Assembly (NCBI GenBank): GCA_032718475.1
Contig: JAUCBJ010000844.1
Span: 52,796 to 116,795, forward strand
Source: Nemertoderma westbladi
Taxonomy: Eukaryota; Animalia; Xenacoelomorpha
DNA: 64,000 bases
Reading direction: 5' to 3'
Part shown: piece after piece, positions 54,925-64,000 of the stretch
Position numbering within the stretch: the first letter of the stretch is position 1
Layout: the number at the start of each line of letters is the position of its first letter
Notes under the pieces: model-generated
Database searches by the model: none
Seen by the model: only the letters and a program-made list of their open reading frames with translations
Told to the model about the DNA's origin: nothing
Position numbers and translations under genes: made by a program

Positions 54925-55125
54925 CGTTTATTATTTTGGTTAGAAAAGCCCGCCTCTTTAACCTGCTCCTTTCCCTCAATTGGTAAAGTGGCCGTTTATT
55001 GTTTTGGTTAGAAAAGCCCGCCTCTTTAACCTGCTCCTTTCCCTCAATTGGTAAAGTGGCCGTTTATTGTTTTGGTTAGAAAAGCCTGCGGCTGTGCCTG
55101 TAGCCTGCTCTTTTCCCTCAATTTG
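54925..55125. repeat. About 66-bp tandem triplet of a dispersed repeat (ttttggttagaaaag...taacctgctcctttccc)
   Basis: Related copies near 45700, at 48630-48750 (two copies), and inverted near 3630-3740, 7220-7340 and 21450-21570. Confidence 0.75.
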
Positions 55126-55794
55126 TATATAGCAGTCAGCAGTAGGACTATAGGGTAGACCGGACTAGCCGGAGTTGTATATGGCCATGTGCAGATGTGG
55201 GTTGTACTGTCTGACTGTTGTATGGCATGGCGATGGCCACCCTTGACATAAAGTGCTATAACTTTACTTTATTTAAACTGTCTGTCAGTTTTTATTACTT
55301 CAAAATGAAGCTGAATAATTTTCCAATAAAGTGACATATTAACCATAACAGCATAACCATATCTTAAACTAATTCCAATATTTTACAGTGACATGGCAAA
55401 GTTTGTGTGTTCATGAAAAAGTGCAACTTCTACTGTTCTAGGTTTTGTGAATTTTGAGTACCGGTACCTACCGGTAACACACATTACTACAGCATTAACA
55501 GGCTGACTGGTGCCTTCTGGAAAAAGTTAATGCTTGCTCATATTGTAATGATGTTGAATACTGGAATAGTATGTTTATTAAATTATGTTGTCTTTGTTCA
55601 TTTTATTCGATTGCAGTTTGTTTATTACCTGCTGACCTGTATACTGGTATATGCCTATGTTTTTATATTGATCTACAAGATATACACTCAACATAACTGC
55701 ATAAGTCTGTAAGTGCAAATATCACCTGGGTTATCTTCTCCCTCCATTCCATTGCTCCATATACTGATATATGTTACCGGTATTGATTATTAAC

Positions 55795-56203
55795 AGAAAT
55801 GTATTAAGTTAGGCGGGTGCAGGGGTGGGGGGTTGCGATCTTTTTCAGGGGATCAAAGTACCGGTAGTATTGTATTATAGCCGAATATTTCAATCAATGT
55901 ATATTATAATAATATTATATATATACCGTACTAAACAGCTAAACAGGTTTTCATCAGTGGCGGTTCAGAATCTATCTACTGACTAAGAAACTAAGTTCTT
56001 AGTTTCTTAGTCATTAGGTAGATTCTGAGCCGCCGTGACAGACTGATGAAGACTGGTTTAGTATATATATACTTATACTATTATAATAATATACATTGGT
56101 TGAAATATTTGGCTATAATACTACTTTGATCACCTGAAAAAGATCGCAACCCCCCCCCCCCCCCCCTCACCCCTCACCCCCCCCCTAACTTAATATGTTT
56201 CCG
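55795..56203. mobile_element. About 400-bp foldback / palindromic MITE-like element
   Basis: Arms are imperfect reverse complements, e.g. ttgcgatctttttcagg/cctgaaaaagatcgcaa and gactaagaaactaag/cttagtttcttagtc, with almost no loop near 55996. Confidence 0.85.
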
Positions 56204-56731
56204 CTGGTGACCTGGCACCTGGGCACGCAACTTTTTATGTCGATTGACATAAATGGACCGAACAAGTTGTGCAGTACCGTAAATACTATAATCGTGTTTT
56301 TGAGCCTGTGGGCTATTCCAGTATTCTACACTGCCATTACGGTACTATTTTACAATTTTAATTTTATGGAATTTTGCCTTCTACTTCATAAATAAACTTG
56401 CTAAAGTAGCACTCTTTAAGTCTTTAACAATGTGAGTACGATATATCTTTATATATATGTAACAGGACATGAGTTAATTAATAACCAAAGATTCATTTTA
56501 AAATTAAACGGTACCCGGTAGTTGAAATTTATATCTTCTTTCAGTTTCCATCATTTATTACCTAAGCCTATGTACCAGTGATATATATGTACCGGTACCG
56601 GTGTATATGACAAAAATTTGGTGACAATTTATATGCCGGATTCTATTGTGCATATAACAGAACTAGACTGCTAGATAACAGACTATTATGAATCTAACTT
56701 TCAGTTTAATTCTGTAATAAACACTACTAAT

Positions 56732-59500
56732 ATGGGAGGAATAGACCAGGACTGCAATCTGTTAGGAGGTTTGTTCCAGTCTATGGTTAACGAAATGAAG
56801 TCTGCTCCACCTGTTTGGGAAGATTTCCTTAATAAAAGCTCCAAATTACAAACGACATTAAAAGCAGTGCTCCTTGCTTACTCGGGGTTCCTTGAGTCCT
56901 TCCAGAAACTCGCTGACATTGCAACTAACTCGCGAGGTGGTACACGCGAGATTGGCTCGGCGTTAACTCGACTCTGTATCCGACATAAGAAGATTGAGGA
57001 CAGACTAAACTCTCTGCAACAATCGATTTCCGATTCGTTGGTAAACCCGCTACAGGATAAAGTAGCCGACTGGAAGAAGAATGCCATGGCTATGGATAAA
57101 GAACATGCGAAAGACTACAAACGTGCCATAGACGATATTAAGAAACTCACGTTGGAGGAAGCCAAATTCGCTAAGAAAGTTTCCAAGAAGTCGTCTAAAG
57201 ATGATTCTATTAAGAAGCAATTAGATTCGGTTGGCAAAGAGATTCACAAGCGTTACTCGCGACTGGAATGCCATGAGAAGGACCAGGTCCGTTTTGCGTT
57301 GCTCCTACAGCGGGGCCAATTCTGCTCGCTAGTAAACTGTCTGCGTCCGGTGATGGACGAGGAGATTGGACTGCTGTCCGATATCAACCACATACAGACG
57401 ACGGTAAACGAGTTGTCCATCCTCTCTCTACATCCGGACGTTCTCCCTCCCGCCAGTGAGCAGGTCATCCTCGATCTCAAGGGGCTGGATCCCTCGCTCA
57501 GCTCCCAGTACCGGTACCACTCGCCCTCCGGCAGTCCCTCTAGTCTCGGTAGTCGCAAGAGTTCCTTGTGCAGTCTCAGCAACTCGATGGCGAGCGTCGC
57601 CAGTTACGGTTCGTCTGGGAGCAACCCGTCGCCTTCTAGTCTCGGTGTTTCCGCGAGTGGGGCGGCACCCGGTACCGGTTGGGCGCCTCGACAGACTTCG
57701 GTCCCCGCCAGGATGTCCTCCGTCGGCTCCCAGGACTCCGGGTTCACATCCATTGATCCCATCTTTATGAACAGCAGCAACACTCCGACTCCTGCGGAAT
57801 CCTCGGATGCGGACTCAGAACCGGCGTACAATCCGCCGGAGTTTCCGTTCCCGGACCCGCCGCCCAACTGGGACGATCTCCCTGGCGACTCAGAGGCAAT
57901 GCCGCCCCCTCCACCGCCCCTCGCCGGCGCCAAACGGCCCGAACTACCGCCGAAGGGTCGCGCGGTGGGGCCCCCCGTCTTCCAGCGCTCAGCCTCGGTT
58001 CGCTCCCACTCCATCGCGCTCCCGGGCCCGCTGTCCCGAGTCGCCGTCTCCGGACGCCGTGCCAGCGAGGCCTCCGTCGTATCGACTCGTCGTTCCCTCA
58101 TCCCCGACGGCCGTCGCTCCTCCCGCTGCGAACCCGCCGTCGCCCCGCCCCCCGCCCCGCTCGATATCCCCGACTTCACCTCGACGACCCCCGATATGAT
58201 TGTCCCGAAGCCGATCTACATGAACCTCGAGGATCACCGCGCGCAGTCGGACGCGCTGCGGGACCACTCCCCGTCTCCGACACACAACCGACACCGCAGC
58301 AGCTCCATGCCGTCCGCCCACCGTCGGGCCCATCACACCGAGGCCTCGGAGCTCCACCGGATCCTGGCGGCGCGGCGCGAGAACGTCGAGATCCACGGCT
58401 GCTCCACCAGCTCCAGCTGCTCCGACGACACGCTGGAGAACCAATCCGAAGACGATCTGGACTCGGATTCAGAGTTCGTGTCGTCGCCGTCGGAGAGCGC
58501 GGGGCGATGGGCGTCGCAGTCGGGGGTCCCGCAGCAGGGCCCCGGGGGGATCGTGGTAACACCCGGGTTGCGGAGGTGTGCGTCGGCGGCGACAGCGAGT
58601 CTACAGGGGGTCGGGACGTCGGTTAGTCCGTCCGGGAACTCCGGACACTCAGGCCATCCGTCCGGGGACTCCGGACACCCAACCCATCCGTCCGGGAACT
58701 CCGGACAACCAGCCCATCCGTCCGGGAACTCCGGACACTCAGGCTACCCGTCCGGGAACTCCGGACACTTAGGCCATCTGTCCGGGAACTCCGGACACCC
58801 AGGCCATCCGTCCGGACACCCAACCCATCCATCCGGACACCCGGCCAGTCCCGGGTCTGTTGGTCCCACCCGGTCCGGTAGATCTGCCACTTGGTCCCAA
58901 CCCAACCCCCATTCAGGTTCTCCCCATGCGGCGCAGTCAGCCGTCCCGCCGTGGCCGAATTCTGCGTCCGTTTCCGCCCACCAAACCGCGGCTCACAATC
59001 AACCAGCAAATTATCTGACCAATCAAAATCAGTCAAATTATCCGACCAATCAAAATCAGCCAAATTATCCGCTCCATCAAAACCAACAAAATTATCCCTC
59101 CAATCAAATGCTTCCAAATTATCCGACCAATCAAAACCAATCAAGCTACCAGCAGATGTACCCCCAGCAGTCAGCGCACTCCCCCCATGCGCACTCCCCC
59201 CACCACAACCACCCGGCCCCCCACACCCCCAACCTCCCCCAACGTCGCGGCTCCCTTCCCGCGCGCCCCCTAACCGAACAACCCCGCGAGGACTTCCCCC
59301 CGCCTCCCCCCGAGTGGTCCGACCCCAACTTCCGCGAGAAGCGCGCCAGTATCGCGCTCAACCTCCGTCTGGAGGGACCCGGGTTCCCTGGGGCCGCCGT
59401 CCCACAACGTCCTGACCAATCGGAACGGAGCTCCCCGTACAGACGCAGTGCATACCACGACGACCAATCAGCGAAGGGTTTCGCTTATGGGCCCCGCTGA
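56732..59500 (+). CDS. MTSS1: MTSS1/MIM-family I-BAR (IMD) domain protein, 922 aa, intronless CDS
   Basis: The N-terminal about 250 aa match the MIM IMD (LGGLFQ, PVWEDF, FQKLADIATNSRGGTREIGSALTRLCIRH, LPPASEQVILDLKG). Then a Ser-rich region with SQDSGFTS and a Pro-rich disordered tail. Uninterrupted ATG..TGA. Confidence 0.95.
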   Translation: MGGIDQDCNLLGGLFQSMVNEMKSAPPVWEDFLNKSSKLQTTLKAVLLAYSGFLESFQKLADIATNSRGGTREIGSALTRLCIRHKKIEDRLNSLQQSISDSLVNPLQDKVADWKKNAMAMDKEHAKDYKRAIDDIKKLTLEEAKFAKKVSKKSSKDDSIKKQLDSVGKEIHKRYSRLECHEKDQVRFALLLQRGQFCSLVNCLRPVMDEEIGLLSDINHIQTTVNELSILSLHPDVLPPASEQVILDLKGLDPSLSSQYRYHSPSGSPSSLGSRKSSLCSLSNSMASVASYGSSGSNPSPSSLGVSASGAAPGTGWAPRQTSVPARMSSVGSQDSGFTSIDPIFMNSSNTPTPAESSDADSEPAYNPPEFPFPDPPPNWDDLPGDSEAMPPPPPPLAGAKRPELPPKGRAVGPPVFQRSASVRSHSIALPGPLSRVAVSGRRASEASVVSTRRSLIPDGRRSSRCEPAVAPPPAPLDIPDFTSTTPDMIVPKPIYMNLEDHRAQSDALRDHSPSPTHNRHRSSSMPSAHRRAHHTEASELHRILAARRENVEIHGCSTSSSCSDDTLENQSEDDLDSDSEFVSSPSESAGRWASQSGVPQQGPGGIVVTPGLRRCASAATASLQGVGTSVSPSGNSGHSGHPSGDSGHPTHPSGNSGQPAHPSGNSGHSGYPSGNSGHLGHLSGNSGHPGHPSGHPTHPSGHPASPGSVGPTRSGRSATWSQPNPHSGSPHAAQSAVPPWPNSASVSAHQTAAHNQPANYLTNQNQSNYPTNQNQPNYPLHQNQQNYPSNQMLPNYPTNQNQSSYQQMYPQQSAHSPHAHSPHHNHPAPHTPNLPQRRGSLPARPLTEQPREDFPPPPPEWSDPNFREKRASIALNLRLEGPGFPGAAVPQRPDQSERSSPYRRSAYHDDQSAKGFAYGPR
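58628..58840 (+). repeat. In-frame 30-bp coding repeat (PSGNSGHxGH, about 7 copies)
   Basis: ccgtccgggaactccggaca repeated every 30 nt within the MTSS CDS. Confidence 0.9.
59000..59150 (+). repeat. In-frame 27-bp coding repeat (NYPTNQNQx, about 5 copies)
   Basis: aattatccgaccaatcaaaa repeated every 27 nt. Confidence 0.85.
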
Positions 59501-60654
59501 TTGGCGGATCATTCCTCACGTAGGACCTACATTATTGATGCACAACAAATTCGACATTTAAAACATTTAATGTGTTTATTAAACTGCAATTTTCTTGTCT
59601 TTCTTTCCCTTTGTTTTCATTTGCACAGTTTGTTGGTTTAGAATTAGAACGAAATGTTTTTTTGAATGTATAATTGCGGGTTTGTTGATGAGGATTTACT
59701 TATGCTGTTGGTTATTCAATGTTTGTGATTCTCGTTGATTTGTGTTTCTCCTTTGTTTCTTTGGATAAAAAATTATTATGTTGCAAATTTTGAAAAGATG
59801 AGACTTCTATAGATTGATCTAATGGTTGTCTCATTAGCAGTATGCCAAGGCCGTTGCGCCGATAATGGTTGTGTTCCTTACTTCTAGTTCTAGAACCGGT
59901 ACCCATGTTACATGATTCGAAATATTCCCCCTCTACTTCTGGTAGAGGATGTCTGCTACCTACGAGTAGTAACTCTATTATTATTTAGTCTATTACCAAC
60001 ACTAATGTGTTGTTTTGATTATAATGACACAATCATAAACTCTGTACAGGATCTCCGAAACATAGACACTAGACAGTGGTTGCATTGTATTGTATGTCTA
60101 TCGCTATAAGTGCGATAGCGGTAGAACCTTCCTTGAGGCAGTATTAGTAGTTCGCAGTGGTTAAGAGGTTGTCTCAATCTAATCTTTTTTTAATTTTCAA
60201 CATAATCTTACATATCTACACATCCAAGGGGATAAGAGGATAAACATTATTTCTACAAGACTTTTCTACTCGCCCTAAGGGAGTTGAGATACCGTATGTT
60301 GGTTGGTGGTATCGGTTCGGTTAATATAATAAAGTTTATAAGTCGGTCTAATTATTTATGGTATATAAGATATAGTTTCATATTCGGCTATGGTCGGGTT
60401 CGTGGATTGATGTGTTTTATAATATTTTTTATTTCGTTTTATTTCACTCACGGTGTGTAAGTGTAAGTATAACAATGTTATTTATATATACGTGTACAAC
60501 TCACCTTGTATCACTCGCACGATTTCGGTTGTCATCATATCCTAAGCGAGAATGTCGCTAGTATCATGAGGCCAATCTATTTGAGGATTTTGTTAGCACT
60601 AAATTCAGCAGTAGAGGAGACATTAATGTCATTAATTAATGTAATGAATTAGTT

Positions 60655-63600
60655 CGCGCCCATCAGTGGGTGTCTGAGGTACCGATTCACACGCACCCAT
60701 CATTGGGCGACTGGGTTACTGGTTCACCCGCGCCCATCAGTGGGCGACTGGGGTATTGGTTCACCCGCACCCATCAGTGGGCGACTGGGGTACTGGTTAA
60801 ACCGCACCCATCAGTGGGCGACTGGGGTACTGGTTCACCCGCACCCATCAGTGGGCGACTGGGGTACTGGTTCACCCGCACCCACCAGTGGGCGACTGGG
60901 GTACTGGTTCACCCGCACCCATCAGTGGGCGACTGGGGTACTGGTTCACCCGCACCCACCAGTGGGCGACCGACTGGGGTACTGGTTCACCCGCACCCAT
61001 CAGTGGGCGACTGGGGTACTGGTTCACCCGCACCCATCAGTGGGCGGCTGGGGTACTGGTTCACGCGCGCCCATCAGTGGGCGACTGGGGTACTGGTTCA
61101 CGCGCGCCCATCAGTGGGCGACTGAGGTACTGGTTCACCCGCACCCACCAGTGGGCGACTGGGGTACTGGTTCACCCGCACCCATCAGTGGGTTACTGGG
61201 GTACTGGTTCACCCGCACCCATCAGTGGGCGACTGTTGTACTGGTTCACCCGCACCCACCAGTGGGCGACTGGGGTACTGGTTAAACCGCACCCATCAGT
61301 GGGCGACTGGGGTACTGGTTCACCCGCACCCATCAGTGGGCGACTGGGGTACTGGTTCACCCGCACCCATCAGTGGGCGACTGGGGTACTGGTTAAACCG
61401 CACCCATCAGTGGGCGACTGGGGTACTGGTTCACCCGCACCCATCAGTGGGCGACTGGGGTACTGGTTCACCCGCACCCACCAGTGGGCGACTGGGGTAC
61501 TGGTTCACCCACACCCATCAGTGGGCGACTGGGGTACTGGTTCACCCGCACCCATCAGTGGGCGACTGGGGTACTGGTTCACCCGCACCCATCAGTGGGC
61601 GACTGGGGTACTGGTTCACGCGCGCCCATCAGTGGTCGACTGGGGTACTGGTTCACGCGCGCCCATCCGTGGGCGACTGGGGTACTGGTTCACCCGCACC
61701 CATCAGTGGGCGACTGGGGTACTGGTTCACCCGCACCCATCAGTGGGCGACTGGGGTACTGGTTCACCCGCACCCATCAGTGGGCGACTGGGGTACTTGT
61801 TCACCCGCACCCATCAGTGGGCGACTGGGGTACTGGTTCACCCGCACCCATCAGTGGGCGACTGGGGTACTGGTTCACCCGCACCCATCAGTGGGCGACT
61901 GGGGTACTGGTTCACCCACACCCATCAGTGAGCGACTGGGGTACTGGTTCACCCGCACCCATCAGTGGGCGACTGGGGTACTGGTTCACCCGCACCCATC
62001 AGTGGGCGACTGGGGTACTGGTTCACCCGCACCCATCAGTGGGCGACTGGGGTACTGGTTCACCCGCAGCCATCAGTGGGCGACTGGGGTACTGGTTCAC
62101 GCGCGCCCATCACTGGGCGACTGGGGTACTGGTTCACGCGCGCCCATCAGTGGACGACTGGGGTACTGGTTCACCCGCACCCATCAGTGGGCGACTGGGG
62201 TACTGGTTCACCCGCACCCATTAGTGGGCGACTGGGGTACTGGTTCACGCGCGCCCATCAGTGAGCGACTGGGGTACTGGTTCACGCGCGCCCATCAGTG
62301 GGCGACTGGGGTACTGGTTCACCCACACCCATCAGTGGGCGACTGGGGTACTGGTTCACCCGCACCCATCAGTGGGCGACTGGGGTACTGGTTCACCCGC
62401 ACCCATCAGTGGGCGACTGGGGTACTGGTTCACCCGCACCCATCAGTGGGCGACTGGGGTACTGGTTCACCCGCAGCCATCAGTGGGCGACTGGGGTACT
62501 GGTTCACGCGCGCCCATCAGTGGGCGACTGGGGTACTGGTTCACGCGCGCCCATCAGTGGGCGACTGGGGTACTGGTTCACCCGCACCCATCAGTGGGCG
62601 ACTGGGGTACTGGTTCACCCGCATCCATTAGTGGGCGACTGGGGTACTGGTTCACGCGCGCCCATCAGTGGGCGACTGGGGTACTGGTTCACCCGCACCC
62701 ATCAGTGGGCGACTGGGGTACTGGTTCACGCGCGCCCATCAGTGGGCGACTGGGGTACTGGTTCACGCGCGCCCATCAGTGGGCGACTGGGGTACTGGTT
62801 CACGCGCGCCCATCATTGGGCGACTGGGGTACTGGTTCACCCGCACCCATCAGTGGGCGACTGGGGTACTGGTTCACCCGCACCCATCAGTGGGCGACTG
62901 GGGTACTGGTTAAACCGCACCCATCAGTGGGCGACTGGGGTACTGGTTCACCCGCACCCATCAGTGGGCGACTGGGGTACTGGTTCACCCGCACCCACCA
63001 GTGGGCGACTGGGGTACTGGTTCACCCACACCCATCAGTGGGCGACTGGGGTACTGGTTCACCCGCACCCATCAGTGGGCGACTGGGGTACTGGTTCACC
63101 CGCACCCATCAGTGGGCGACTGGGGTACTGGTTCACGCGCGCCCATCAGTGGGCGACTGGGGTACTGGTTCACGCGCGCCCATCCGTGGGCGACTGGGGT
63201 ACTGGTTCACCCGCACCCATCAGTGGGCGACTGGGGTACTGGTTCACCCGCACCCATCAGTGGGCGACTGGGGTACTGGTTCACCCGCACCCATCAGTGG
63301 GCGACTGGGGTACTTGTTCACCCGCACCCATCAGTGGGCGACTGGGGTACTGGTTCACCCGCACCCATCAGTGGGCGACTGGGGTACTGGTTCACCCGCA
63401 CCCATCAGTGGGCGACTGGGGTACTGGTTCACCCACACCCATCAGTGAGCGACTGGGGTACTGGTTCACCCGCACCCATCAGTGGGCGACTGGGGTACTG
63501 GTTCACCCGCACCCATCAGTGGGCGACTGGGGTACTGGTTCACCCGCACCCATCAGTGGGCGACTGGGGTACTGGTTCACCCGCAGCCATCAGTGGGCGA

Positions 63601-64000
63601 CTGGGGTACTGGTTCACGCGCGCCCATCAGTGGGCGACTGGGGTACTGGTTCACGCGCGCCCATCAGTGGGCGACTGGGGTACTGGTTCACCCGCACCAA
63701 TCAGTGGGCGACTGGGGTACTGGTTCACCCGCACCCATTAGTGGGCGACTGGGGTACTGGTTCACGCGCGCCCATCAGTGAGCGACTGGGGTACTGGTTC
63801 ACGTGCGCCCATCAGTGGGCGACTGGGGTACTGGTTCACCCGCACCCATCAGTGGGCGACTGGGGTACTGGTTCACCCGCGCCCATCAGTGAGCGACTGG
63901 GGTACTGGTTCACCCGCACCCATCAGTGGGCGACTGGGGTACTGGTTCACCCGCACCCATCAGTGGGCGACTGGGGTACTGGTTCACCCGCACCCATCAG
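60655..64000. repeat. 37-bp GC-rich minisatellite, about 90 copies in the window, truncated by the edge
   Basis: Unit ggttcacccgcacccatcagtgggcgactggggtact; degenerate first copies at 60655-60760. Confidence 0.98.

Noticed and set aside
56878-59467. Antisense and alternate-frame ORFs within MTSS
   Set aside because: Expected shadows of a GC-rich CDS; no recognisable domains.
60215-60542. Possible terminal exons of a convergent minus-strand gene (about 60506-60542 and 60215-60274)
   Set aside because: The splice signals are plausible, but the peptides are too short and the frame too ambiguous to support a call.
60670-63781. Multiple overlapping Trp/His-rich ORFs
   Set aside because: All three frames give the same 37-aa cycle from a 37-bp repeat, so this is an artefact.
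1-64000. CRISPR array interpretation of the 24-72-bp repeats
   Set aside because: Units are head-to-tail with no unique spacers, there are no cas genes, and the context is spliceosomal eukaryotic DNA.

Overview
This is eukaryotic (animal, probably invertebrate) genomic DNA, AT-rich, and roughly 45% tandem arrays. Most long ORFs in the track are artefacts of repeat periodicity. Reading splice sites by hand recovers four genes. (1) A minus-strand multi-C2H2 zinc-finger gene with at least 7 symmetric phase-1 exons and about 10 fingers (3266-12646); it runs off the left edge and possibly extends up to about 18.9 kb. (2) A partial minus-strand gene of unknown function (19401-21052). (3) A complete 3-exon death-associated protein 1 (DAP1) gene (45358->25981), whose 17.8-kb second intron is almost entirely a 59-bp satellite of about 280 copies. 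(4) An MTSS/MIM I-BAR gene with an intronless CDS (56732-59500). There are also several LINE fragments (RTE with TSD, CR1/L2-group, APE-only), MITE/foldback elements and a 37-bp array at the right edge. The most striking pattern is that the arrays in the zinc-finger gene are not placed at random. They are amplifications of the exon 3' end plus the 5' splice donor (24, 54/57, 39, 72 and probably 93 bp units, all multiples of 3), so these introns carry from 3 to more than 100 copies of their own donor site.
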